A DNA stretch of 37,013 nt. Origin: Cytophagales bacterium. Lineage in GTDB: Bacteria > Bacteroidota > Bacteroidia > Cytophagales > JAPOQI01. The position numbers were made by a program, and so were the translations under genes. This document shows, piece by piece, positions 10,901-17,248 of this stretch. The notes under the pieces are model-generated. The model had not been told where the DNA came from, searched no databases, and worked only from the letters and a program-made list of their open reading frames with translations. The stretch lies in contig JAPOQI010000035.1 of the NCBI GenBank assembly GCA_026710765.1, positions 1-37,013 of the forward strand, read 5' to 3'. The stretch's first letter is position 1; the number at the start of each line of letters is the position of its first letter.

Positions 10901-11101
10901 CCCAATCCGGTTAAAGATTTCCTCCACCTCAACGAAGAATATGAATCTCTCCAAATCATAGATCTTCTAGGTAAAACTCATGTTAGCGTGAAAAAGGAAA
11001 GATCAGTGTATGTAGGTTTTCTGCCCGCCGGCATATATTGGTTGAGGATATTCCCAGGTGGGGGGAAAACGAGCTATCTTTCACGGTTTGCCAAAGACTA
11101 A
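1955..11101 (+). CDS. giant secreted cadherin-repeat surface protein with T9SS C-terminal sorting domain
   Basis: Uninterrupted 9.1-kb ORF. The ORF-track start at 1949 is TTG; the ATG at 1955 gives MGKNNVKKIFLGLGLGFFISLFCSSHLGAQ, a signal peptide. Roughly twenty beta-sandwich-sized modules have D(V/I)(D/N/P)E(P/A)P linkers and LDYE/DxDD acidic motifs. The C-terminus is LVYPNPVKDFLHL...GIYWLRIF. Confidence 0.85.
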   Translation: MGKNNVKKIFLGLGLGFFISLFCSSHLGAQTSSEFRFVIQSPYTQLEKKGERNYIPIFEEIYVFSNVQATPQNPKYLGRFEPSSGNSTDFIYEILFGDVNGLFVLGNNSSDANRLYLAKPFEEDTPSRMAIHLVTINKTTRKESRVQVIVNQKKINTNDTGARVVIFPISGNYQQLRSPLYLHHLNPRPREGEGGPFRGYFPMVAPGEMTSMVYDLGEPAGARSGSEPTPPTGISTPVWGHEPLQVEASVGGLCVICLREADGSFGSLVSPSETITTTSSSGRKFTRTDRKKYPFLDSSGRPILEDVHGSDTEWNGLFAYPVALVQDASGNVRGFERWDDARHGSAKRCYHVNLTLDPLDGSTSSFFQLDKMVSTNQSFRVQLKDFHGVGSSGNDLVFSNPQPFLFRFIRPKDDQFHAKRNDLLVKRYQDYKLEADVDDEGNPVLDDEGNPILRKVVDDEGGLVLVDEERAIRTKRLSSSGPGLGLVRFSSALEKGDFENSEVHLPFRQTTSVVFFVDEFPISANTILGTLHQPRPGEEYPSFLLRPRNSISGLGSSGPRGDFVEIFSSAEITSSGATLEFEVHYPGGVFYAERPTILQIQVKAISNPRLVGMNLVVQPSYQFSEQIDRNPIRTPILYDDSIPIILRGGASFSDTASGLIGELSSYGLRFPNTQPSYRITSVNPLGLSIGGPLGNQLHVVKDVPASGTYDIEIQSSFPGVNGISRSFSFQVLPPKVFGGSEDPPHFRHPELNRAYSSDGISLSIPKGTYNRGIILATYPLQSQDGLELIYELSTPNGDIPDFLYLDGNFLKTSGKAVNTAATYRIESSVQVTNYSEIIRIPGHPFVLRVLDRPKSLGLLSSFIRGSGAGQGAERLLYTSDRELLLSEDLDPNTEIEIGILSFHGLYFLGDSRIQSGNARDAQGEDIFSLQNRRLLLTGSLDFERSSTHTLIIEKPARGTSGAESLQVNITVLDIEEAPTDLVLTSHYKEADGSLLLPEAKGEDFIIGTLSATDNFRTLSGGLLYTIDEGDGTDAKEKFKILGTTLSTSSIPLDVSTRSSHTLVIRARARRGPKGKSVQLRIPIRVRANTPPTDINLEIEGVYTRADGRGTVNADYGSSQKIFIPENLFGTPIHPLVVGSLSAEDTEDIYFSYHIVESDPSTSLFGIGGSENDKLILSGNLDHETEDTYNLTLEVRDGSPSGTYKEKFQIQISDIDEPPSGLAFTPSQGLAVVGEENTIQLRIHTKEGVEVGTVSATDPESLPVQFSLISSDPILRVEGSKILSTSYPLSLGPPYDVNIQAHTGVGTPSATLPIRILVQDEESPTKINLRIASGFTQGGTQSALYVSSSEELYISENTTSTPTAPSLGQLSTLDTDDNSFVYAILKGNLGSVFSIGGTQKNELLFSGALDYESQTEYAILLQSCPENSLDCIQSIFKVHVKDVDEPPDNFSFYAEPTHGGKKGEFDVGLPRTISAQTVLGSFKARNNYPSGGGNLRYRLENTSTLFTVEGNKIRISDDGSFDSESPDNYTLSLIIDTGDETQSSTQSLKLHLSSTPSPGNIRLNIKAAFTQADGSGTVDAVYGSSQEIYLSEDTAVSSGNPVTLGTLSSTDGSSGFTYVLEGDDIFNLSGTSVQLIRPADYEKNSSHILTIEITNTNTQRYYKEDFNIHVQDVDEPPLLSASIRRAFSNSDPSIHISFRSTQAKVLELADLEATDPEGQSVVFTITSPTDPLNSEEYFSLSTDGILKTSGSLNLPSGSYTIGLSANTGSNTAVASLNLQVQIIDNQTPTDIVLLIEGNFTAADATSTSESKKYKEGSQGLYVPEKLSASAQAPIILGSLSSVDGDDGRGFSYALVETYPFLSLGGTYQNELHLINPLNYNLAIQHDFTIRTTDSQNASFEKTFEIQVVDIPEAPTDLSLKPATNFGTQDNSLFLKVGTFPGIQMGTFQATNNYPSGGDLVYQITGGDDSLNKFEINGNMLQTSINLSTLAKTYTLEIEAYSSNIQKTPELIASLSVSITVQPNKPPHDIKLNIKGVYTQSDGTGSTDAVYTPGVQEIYIKEDAFTTTDIVIGQLSTLDVDDNQFTYLLSLSNNVGGLFAVSEIGELSLINTLDYELDKRYTLNVFSSDPDRASVSRSFVLHVVDVDEAPTRFAFNTKEGYGGIPAENISARVSLKTEDNFSIGEFSAQTNWSGGSLRYRLTRDQASPHTGRFAISGSELQTTATRIQKGDPDYRLGITVDTGDGTLSSVHEIIIRVVPSQPPLDINLLLLPLFARTTAATLYHKDSQHIYVLESADAATGPIDLGTLSTQDIDSQIHSYSFLNNSDVNSTFKLLQENGNTVLYLNKNLNYEEKDTYVLELRSEDEANEYVERDFILHVLDADEPPTGLSFVPFSKFEVSGTEHTATIPESKRRIMQIGEFSATNNYSVGNSILRFVLKGGDDPGDQAKFSIQGNQLLTTKIPLSRDIKTNYTLSIQVDTGENTEFNTLSVNIIVSRNIPPSDIDLSIQAMYTSERQDASAALDYAEGTQEIYLLEGELVQPLVIGSLSAEDEDDSSFTYQIVGGNEGDFFDIFERIENGFLVEHQLRQVDDLDRETTALHTLMIEVSDGGGETRTESFKIHVIDVNEPPLIAFTVAEDFQTPNSDVVSVTEGTPPDLLLGTLSARDPEKLPISLEITSGDDAQGFEKFQLSGDQNLELKTTNNPLERTANKEEYLLNITASTGDVGDSSSINIRIRISRNLPPTDLLLLIKQAFTGGHPSDRNYEDIRGVVHLKEDSYKSEPVLIGTLSSVDSDSKYFTYTLAQEGNEGEWFAISGEEKNELYLVKTLVQGKRRYDVKITSTDTFGRGNFARVFTIEVAKPNASPKDLSITPNGPISIPQSSEKGTEIGVLSAKDPDGDIIKYSILSGNEEELFELLQNIVLLRREASEAERSEYILRFLAEDGNGGNSSLDVNILILSETKDPKNSEGPMSLSRRNLSRLVYPNPVKDFLHLNEEYESLQIIDLLGKTHVSVKKERSVYVGFLPAGIYWLRIFPGGGKTSYLSRFAKD
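3266..3360 (+). repeat. imperfect 24-nt tandem repeat inside the giant CDS, encoding an acidic DDEGNP(V/I)L motif
   Basis: gatgatgaggggaatccagtttta at 3266-3289 and gatgatgaggggaatccaatttta at 3290-3313. A 12-nt spacer follows, then gatgatgaggggggtctagtttta at 3326-3349, then a partial copy gttgatgagga. All copies are in frame. Confidence 0.85.
5222..10830 (+). repeat. eight diverged ~700-nt (230-243 aa) two-module super-repeats within the giant CDS
   Basis: The recurring PP(T/S/L/H)D(I/L) entry motif falls at nt 5222, 5921, 6623, 7313, 8024, 8732, 9446 and 10175. Each unit contains an internal D(V/I)(D/N/P)E(P/A)P boundary. Confidence 0.8.
10871..11098 (+). other. T9SS (Por) C-terminal sorting domain of the giant protein
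   Basis: Last ~75 aa: LVYPNPVKDFLHLNEEYESLQIIDLLGKTHVSVKKERSVYVGFLPAGIYWLRIFPGGGKTSYLSRFAKD. This matches the usual (V/I)YPNP...(i.D..G+.v)...G.Y pattern of type-A CTDs. Confidence 0.75.
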
Positions 11102-11144
11102 GTTCGCTACTAAGGGGCTAGGTTTCTCTCCTTTATCTTCCTAT

Positions 11145-11873
11145 CTAATCAAAGGGTATTGTATAAGTTAGGGTGTAGTTCAGACGTATTTTTCCTTGTC
11201 GGGTGTGGAGTCCGTAACCCGGTGTGTGATATGGATTGTACGCTGTTTCTGAGGGCAAATAAAGACGATGTAAAAACATAAACTGAATCATATATCCTAT
11301 AAATAAATTCTGGGTCAATCCCATCTCCATTCCTGCCAACACCTCCCACCAAGAAGCCTGAAAAGAAGTTATGTCATGCCTTAACTCCCTTGATCCTAAA
11401 AAAGAAAAATCCTGTCTATGGATGAGAGATGACTGAGACAAAGCCCTTCCATACCGAAATCCCAAGAAACTCATGTCCCTTTGAGCCTCCCCACGGGTGA
11501 AAAGCCTCAGACGGGGGCCTATCCGAATCCCAATACCTTGTCCATCATAGTGGGTCTGAAAATTCTGGGTATTGGACGATAACTCAACTTGTGAAAAGGT
11601 TATTTCGGAATCCCAAACTATCCGTGGGGTATGCAAACCCAAACTCAATGAGTATAAATGCTTATATTCGGGTCTAAGAAAAAGCCAAACGGGTCCTACA
11701 AGGTCCAAGGATAGGGACAATTGATAGGGTCTATACAGGTCGGCATAGACAAAACCTGATCCAGTTCCAGATAGGCTATCTGCTGCCTTGTTCAGGGTTG
11801 CTTGTCCGTTGAGAAAAGAACCCCATAAGAAGGTCAAACCCAAGATCAGTGAACTATTGAAAAATCTGTACAT
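11145..11873 (-). CDS. predicted outer-membrane beta-barrel protein of unknown function (possibly DUF6048-like)
   Basis: ATG at 11873. Signal peptide MYRFFNSSLILGLTFLWGSFLNGQA. Alternating aromatic/polar beta-strand pattern with an aromatic-rich C-terminus (YTLTYTIPFD). The DUF name is from memory, not a search. Confidence 0.55.
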   Translation of the reverse strand: MYRFFNSSLILGLTFLWGSFLNGQATLNKAADSLSGTGSGFVYADLYRPYQLSLSLDLVGPVWLFLRPEYKHLYSLSLGLHTPRIVWDSEITFSQVELSSNTQNFQTHYDGQGIGIRIGPRLRLFTRGEAQRDMSFLGFRYGRALSQSSLIHRQDFSFLGSRELRHDITSFQASWWEVLAGMEMGLTQNLFIGYMIQFMFLHRLYLPSETAYNPYHTPGYGLHTRQGKIRLNYTLTYTIPFD

Positions 11874-12321
11874 GAACGGGTACAGTACGGGTCAGGGCAT
11901 GCTGAACTATCTTCACAGAATCAAAATCATGAGAAAGAACTTTTTCCAATTCCACCCGCCATCGACTCCCACAATCCTTGGAGAGAAAAACATAATCAGA
12001 CCGATAGGAAAACCTAATCTCTTGGCAGTCATCTTTTTTACAAAAGCGATAGGTAATTTTATTTGCTTCGGGATGAACAGGAAGTCGGAAGGTTCTTAGC
12101 AGGTCTATAGATGTGTAGAGGGGTTCTTCATATAGTTCAGGACTTGCCCAAATCTGTGTAAATGAGACGGTTCTAAGAAGAGGTACTTCTCCGGACTGAG
12201 ACACATAAAACCCTGCCACAAAATGATCCAAATAAGAATCCTGACAATCTACCTCCCGGATACAAGAAGATAAAAACAAACCCCCTAAGACACACAAAAA
12301 CAGATTTGAAAATGAACGCAT
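11854..12321 (-). CDS. small lipoprotein of unknown function (possibly DUF6452-like)
   Basis: The ORF-track start at 12348 is TTG. The in-frame ATG at 12321 gives MRSFSNLFLCVLGGLFLSSC, a lipobox signal peptide. The 3' end overlaps the downstream barrel gene by 20 nt. Confidence 0.55.
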   Translation of the reverse strand: MRSFSNLFLCVLGGLFLSSCIREVDCQDSYLDHFVAGFYVSQSGEVPLLRTVSFTQIWASPELYEEPLYTSIDLLRTFRLPVHPEANKITYRFCKKDDCQEIRFSYRSDYVFLSKDCGSRWRVELEKVLSHDFDSVKIVQHALTRTVPVHVQIFQ

Positions 12322-12643
12322 TAAAAAAAATATCTCATCATTAGGCAAACCTGCTTCAGTCTAAAAAAATAGTTCCCGAAATACAGAATAAAATATGTCC
12401 TCTAGTTTTCATATCTTAGGGTAATTTTGTACGCTCCTCAAATGAATAATTACCATGGGGATTTAGATGCACATGATCGGGAATTTATTGAGAATATAGA
12501 AAATTCTGTCCCTCTCCACAGAAAATAATCCAAAACCCACCCAAGTTTATACATGCAAGAGGCAGATACAAATAAAAATCCCCACCTAAGAGGCAAATCA
12601 AAGTTAAACTTGAAGACTATATGATTCACAGAATTTTTGAGGG

Positions 12644-13807
12644 GTGAAAAAAACAACACTCCATTCAGTACACATTTCTCGAGGAGCTAAGATGGTTCCT
12701 TTTGGGGATTATGAGATGCCTTTACATTATGGATCCATTCAGGCAGAACATATAGCTGTTCGGGAGAATGCGGGTCTTTTTGATGTATCCCACATGGGAC
12801 TTCTATATATTGAAGGTAAAGAAGCAGGTGCTTTTGTTCAGCATGTGACAACTAATGATGTTTATAAACTCTCAGCAGGAAAAACACAATACTCCACCAT
12901 CACAAATGAAGATGGTTGTCTGTTGGATGATATTCTTGTCTATTGTTTCCTCAGCGAAAAACAGTACCTTTTGGTGGTGAATTCCGCGAACACACAAAAG
13001 ATAGAAGACTGGCTTTGTCGTAAAAAGAAAGAAGAGGGGCTTCGTGCTAAAAAGTATTCTTCCGTGTATATTCAAAATGCATCGGAATACCTTGATATTC
13101 TTGCCTTGCAAGGGCCTGATGCCAAAGAAATTCTGTCCTCGGCTTTGGGAATATTTGAAAGTCGTATCCCCTCCCCTTACCATTTTAGCAGAGATGAAAG
13201 TCTTATCCCCTCCTCTTACCCTTTTATAGAACTACCCCCCATAGGAAAAAAAATAATGATCTCGGCTACGGGTTATACGGGTGAAAGAGGTTATGAGCTT
13301 TATCTACCCACCGAAAACACTCGTCCGGTATGGGATGAACTCGTCGCAGCAGGTGCCCGTCCCGCAGGATTAGGGGCAAGGGATAGCTTACGTTTAGAAA
13401 TGGGATATTGTCTCTATGGTCAGGACATAGATGAAAGCATAAGTCCTTTGGAAGCGGGTTTGGGTTGGATCGTCAAGGAGGATACAGAATTTATAGGTGC
13501 CACAGCCTTGGCTAAGCAGCGAAAAGAGGGTATTAAGAAGAAGTTATTCGGCTTCATCGCAGAAGGAAGGGGTATTCCTCGTTCTGGGGCTGAAATCATA
13601 TCGGTTCAGGATTCTAGACCCCTAGGAAAAATCACCTCAGGGGGCTACTCGCCAACCCTCAAACAAGGGATCGGTATGGGCTATCTGAACCTAGATCAGA
13701 ACCAACACGAGATAGGTACCCAGGTTTATATATCTATGCCGCCCAGAAAGATTTTAGCACGGGTTTCTGCTTTTCCCTTTGTGAAGACAAAAAAAGGAAA
13801 AGCATGA
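12644..13807 (+). CDS. gcvT: glycine cleavage system aminomethyltransferase (T protein)
   Basis: GTG start. MKKTTLHSVHISRGAKMVPFGDYEMPLHYGSIQAEHIAVRENAGLFDVSHMG is the canonical GcvT N-terminus. ISATGYTGERGYELY and the C-terminal barrel motifs are present. Confidence 0.93.
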   Translation: MKKTTLHSVHISRGAKMVPFGDYEMPLHYGSIQAEHIAVRENAGLFDVSHMGLLYIEGKEAGAFVQHVTTNDVYKLSAGKTQYSTITNEDGCLLDDILVYCFLSEKQYLLVVNSANTQKIEDWLCRKKKEEGLRAKKYSSVYIQNASEYLDILALQGPDAKEILSSALGIFESRIPSPYHFSRDESLIPSSYPFIELPPIGKKIMISATGYTGERGYELYLPTENTRPVWDELVAAGARPAGLGARDSLRLEMGYCLYGQDIDESISPLEAGLGWIVKEDTEFIGATALAKQRKEGIKKKLFGFIAEGRGIPRSGAEIISVQDSRPLGKITSGGYSPTLKQGIGMGYLNLDQNQHEIGTQVYISMPPRKILARVSAFPFVKTKKGKA

Positions 13808-13830
13808 AAATTTAGAAGAAAAAGGGAATT

Positions 13831-14883
13831 ATGTTCATCACGTTAGGAGAAGTCGCAAAGATCCTAGGGGGTACCCTAGAAAATGGAAAGGCAGATGATA
13901 AAATACATCATATTGCACCCATTAATGAAGCCCAAAAAGGGTCTATAGCCTTTCTCCGGGACAAAGCATGGAAGCATTTCGTCTACAGCTCCGAAGCAGC
14001 CATCCTGGTCAATCAGGACTGGGAATTTAAAGAAGCACCCCTACGTGCAAAATTAATACGTGTGAAAGATGTGCTTATGGGTATCTCCATCCTCCTAGGG
14101 AGACGTAGGGAGGATTTGCATCCTGAAAAATTAGGTGTGGAAGAGCCCTCCTTTATAGGGGAGGATGTGAAGCTTGGAACAGAAATTTATAGGGGTGCTT
14201 TCTCCTATATTGGGGATAGAACTCAAATAGGTTCTCATGCCAAGATCTTTCCACATACCTATATCGGGCATGATTGCAAAATAGGAGATCATACCGTGGT
14301 GGGACCTGGTACAAAGATACATCCTTATACTGAGATCGGTGAGCATGTGGTGATTTCTTCCAATTGTTGTTTGGGAGAGGATTTTGGTTTCTTTAAGGGT
14401 GTGGATGAGGATTTTTATCGTTCTCTCCCCCACATCGGAAAGGTAGTGATTGGAGACTGGGTATATATAGGCGTGGGTTGTGTGATAGACAGAGCCTTGT
14501 TGTCTTCCACACAGATAGAAGATCGGGTTAAGATAGGACATGGGTGTGGGATAGGACACGGGAGTCATATAAAAGAAAACGCTGTCCTGGCAGGAGGGTC
14601 TGCCCTGGCAGGTTCTACACAAATTGGAAAAAATTGTCGGATTGGTATTCGGGCAAACTTTTCGGAACAAGTACGAATAGCAGATTTCACCTCCATAGGA
14701 ATTGGCACCAACGTGACTAGAAGTTTGAACGAAGAAGGAGAAGCATGGACAGGTTTATCACCTGTCATGAAATGTACATCCCATGCCCGTTCGGTCGTCA
14801 ACTTCTCCAAATTACCCGAACTCATTAAACGATTAGATAAGATAGAAAACCAACTTTCCAAGGAACGTGGATCCAACAAATAG
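13831..14883 (+). CDS. lpxD: UDP-3-O-(3-hydroxyacyl)glucosamine N-acyltransferase
   Basis: N-terminal LpxD domain (ITLGEVAKILGG...IHHIAPINEAQKGSIAFL) followed by a long run of hexapeptide (left-handed beta-helix) repeats. 350 aa. Confidence 0.88.
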   Translation: MFITLGEVAKILGGTLENGKADDKIHHIAPINEAQKGSIAFLRDKAWKHFVYSSEAAILVNQDWEFKEAPLRAKLIRVKDVLMGISILLGRRREDLHPEKLGVEEPSFIGEDVKLGTEIYRGAFSYIGDRTQIGSHAKIFPHTYIGHDCKIGDHTVVGPGTKIHPYTEIGEHVVISSNCCLGEDFGFFKGVDEDFYRSLPHIGKVVIGDWVYIGVGCVIDRALLSSTQIEDRVKIGHGCGIGHGSHIKENAVLAGGSALAGSTQIGKNCRIGIRANFSEQVRIADFTSIGIGTNVTRSLNEEGEAWTGLSPVMKCTSHARSVVNFSKLPELIKRLDKIENQLSKERGSNK

Positions 14884-17239
14884 GAGTATCCTTGAAGATT
14901 ATCTGCTAGCCTACACTAGCAGATGTATGAGTCTTCAGGGTAGGAAAGAGGTCTTCATGGGTAGGGCGAAGTTTGGCATCTTTGGAGATGGAAAAGAAAT
15001 CGTTCAACTGGCTATGGCACGTGCCTTCCGGAGAGGAGATATACGATCTGGCTACTACCGGGATCAAACCTTTATGCTGTCCGTAGGGGGTCTAACAGTA
15101 AATTCTTTTTTTGCCCAATTGTATGCCCACGCTTCGGTGGAAGCAGACCCCTCCTCAGCGGGTCGGATGATGAATAGCCATTTTGGAACCCGTTTTTTAG
15201 ATGAGAAAGGAGAGTGGAAAGATTTAATCAGTTTATATAATTCCAGTTCTGATATCTCCCCCACTGCGGGTCAAATGCCCCGCCTCTTAGGTCTTGCTTA
15301 TGCTTCCAAGCTATACAGACAGAATCCAAAATTGTGTAAAAAATCAAATAAATATGCTGTTTTTTCTCGTGAGGGTTCAGAGGTGGCTTGGGGTACGATT
15401 GGCAATGCTTCTGTTTCTGAGGGTTTGTTTCTGGAAAGCCTGCATGCGGGTGCGGTTTTACAGGTGCCTATGGTGATTTCCATCTGGGACGATGATTATG
15501 GTATTTCGGTTCCCCAAGAGTATCATACCCCCAAACCCCTATATCAGGTTTTTTCAGGCTATCAACGTACCGAGAAAACAAAAGGAATAGATATTCTTTC
15601 GGTCAAAGGATGGCAATATAAGGAGGTCTGTGAGGTCTATGAGAAGGCATCCCAACAGGCTCGGGAAAAACATATCCCCGTCCTGATCCACGTAACAGAA
15701 CTCACCCAGCCCCAAGGACATTCTACCTCAGGATCCCACGAACGCTATAAGTCTACCAAACGACTGGATTGGGAAAAAAAACACGATGCACTCAACAAGA
15801 TGCGAAGCTATATCCTGCAAAGAAAACTTATCAAACCCGAGGAACTCAAAGTAAGAGAAAACAAATCAAATCAAGAGGTACAACAAGCTCGTGAAAAGGC
15901 TTGGAAATCTTTTCTATCCTCTTCTAATGCGGTCAAAAAACGTGTTATACAGGTTCTTAAACCGCTGAGTACAGACTCAGAAGAGGTTTCTAGGATTATG
16001 GAGAACCTGAATAAAAATACCTCTTCCTGGAAATTAGAATCCGTTCGTGCCTTGCGAAAAGCCCACATGGTGCTTGGAAAGCATACGAATATTAAAGGAA
16101 GAGATAAGCTAAAACAACTCCTTGCTGAGCTAAACGAAGAACACGAAAGACAATATCATTCCCATTTGATGTCTGAATCCAAAGAGAGTGCCCTTTTAAT
16201 TCAAGAGGTTAAACCCTCTTATGCTACTGAAAAAAAAGAGGTAGATGGTCGGGAGGTCTTGCGGGCCTGCTTTGACAAACTGCTTTCCCAGGATCCCCGA
16301 TTTTTTGTCATCGGAGAAGATGTAGGTAAGATTGGAGATGTTAACCAAGGATTGGCGGGATTACAGGCTGAATATGGTTTGGATCGGGTTACGGATACGG
16401 GTATCCGAGAGGCCACCATTGTAGGACAAGGGATTGGTGCGGCGCTGCGTGGTCTTCGTCCTATGGTAGAAATTCAATATCTAGACTATTTACTATATGC
16501 CCTGCAAACCCTCTCTGATGATTTGGCTACCCTTCATTATAGAACTGCCGGCGGACAAAAAGCACCCCTAATTATTCGTACCCGAGGGCATAGATTAGAA
16601 GGTATGTGGCATTCAGGCTCCCCGATGGGGACCCTTCTTCATAGTCTTCGGGGTATACATATTTTACTGCCCCGAAATATGACACAAGCAGCTGGCTTTT
16701 ATAACAGCCTTTTATGTGCTGATGAACCCGCCTTAGTGATTGAATGCCTGAATGGATATCGGTTAAAAGAGGGTCTTCCTGAGAACATAGGGGATATACG
16801 GACTCCCATAGGTGTGCCTGAAACTATTCGGGAGGGGGAGGATATAACCTGTGTCACGTATGGTTCTATGTGTAGGATTGTTCTGGAAGCCGCTCATGAA
16901 TTGGGGTCTTATGGTATTTCTATGGAGGTCTTGGACGCCCGATGTCTCTTACCCTTTGATATAAATCATGTGATCGCTAAATCATTGAAGAAAACTTCTC
17001 GCCTTTTGGTGGTGGATGAGGATGTTCCAGGGGGTGCCAGTGCGTATATGTTGCAACAAATTTTGGAAAAACAAGATGCCTATCATCTTTTGGATTCCAA
17101 ACCCATGAGTCTCACGGCTTCTGCCCATCGTCCAGCTTATGGTTCGGATGGGGATTATTTTTCCAAACCTCAGGTGGAAGATGTAGTGGAACGCGGTTAT
17201 TCTCTACTACACGAAGCTGATCCCATCCGTTATCCTTAA
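14867..17239 (+). CDS. fused alpha/beta E1 component of a 2-oxoacid dehydrogenase (thiamine-diphosphate dependent)
   Basis: The N-terminal half has the E1-alpha ThDP fold motif (GNASVSEGLFLESLHAGAVLQVPMVISIWDDDYGISV). The C-terminal half has the E1-beta/transketolase Pyr domain (IREATIVGQGIGAALRGLRPMVEIQYLDYL). The GTG start at 14867 overlaps lpxD by 17 nt; an alternative ATG lies at 14927. Confidence 0.82.
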   Translation: MDPTNRSILEDYLLAYTSRCMSLQGRKEVFMGRAKFGIFGDGKEIVQLAMARAFRRGDIRSGYYRDQTFMLSVGGLTVNSFFAQLYAHASVEADPSSAGRMMNSHFGTRFLDEKGEWKDLISLYNSSSDISPTAGQMPRLLGLAYASKLYRQNPKLCKKSNKYAVFSREGSEVAWGTIGNASVSEGLFLESLHAGAVLQVPMVISIWDDDYGISVPQEYHTPKPLYQVFSGYQRTEKTKGIDILSVKGWQYKEVCEVYEKASQQAREKHIPVLIHVTELTQPQGHSTSGSHERYKSTKRLDWEKKHDALNKMRSYILQRKLIKPEELKVRENKSNQEVQQAREKAWKSFLSSSNAVKKRVIQVLKPLSTDSEEVSRIMENLNKNTSSWKLESVRALRKAHMVLGKHTNIKGRDKLKQLLAELNEEHERQYHSHLMSESKESALLIQEVKPSYATEKKEVDGREVLRACFDKLLSQDPRFFVIGEDVGKIGDVNQGLAGLQAEYGLDRVTDTGIREATIVGQGIGAALRGLRPMVEIQYLDYLLYALQTLSDDLATLHYRTAGGQKAPLIIRTRGHRLEGMWHSGSPMGTLLHSLRGIHILLPRNMTQAAGFYNSLLCADEPALVIECLNGYRLKEGLPENIGDIRTPIGVPETIREGEDITCVTYGSMCRIVLEAAHELGSYGISMEVLDARCLLPFDINHVIAKSLKKTSRLLVVDEDVPGGASAYMLQQILEKQDAYHLLDSKPMSLTASAHRPAYGSDGDYFSKPQVEDVVERGYSLLHEADPIRYP

Positions 17240-17248
17240 TCAGGAAAC

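Noticed and set aside
12349-12643. Glycine riboswitch upstream of gcvT
   Set aside because: I looked on the plus strand for the conserved GGAGAG...CACCG / CUCUGGAGAG-type cores and found none. The only similar string (ccctctcc) is the complement orientation, inside a short hairpin. An Rfam scan would settle it.
12450-12659. 69-aa minus-strand ORF in the gcvT upstream gap (GTG start, hydrophobic/aromatic-rich)
   Set aside because: It begins inside the gcvT coding start and uses GTG. Its Phe/Trp/Leu-rich composition is typical of AT-rich non-coding sequence read in frame, and I recognise no homology. I cannot exclude a small membrane peptide, but there is no positive evidence.
14131-14670. 179-aa minus-strand ORF antisense to lpxD
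   Set aside because: It lies in the hexapeptide-repeat region, where repetitive codon usage suppresses stops on the opposite strand. No independent support.
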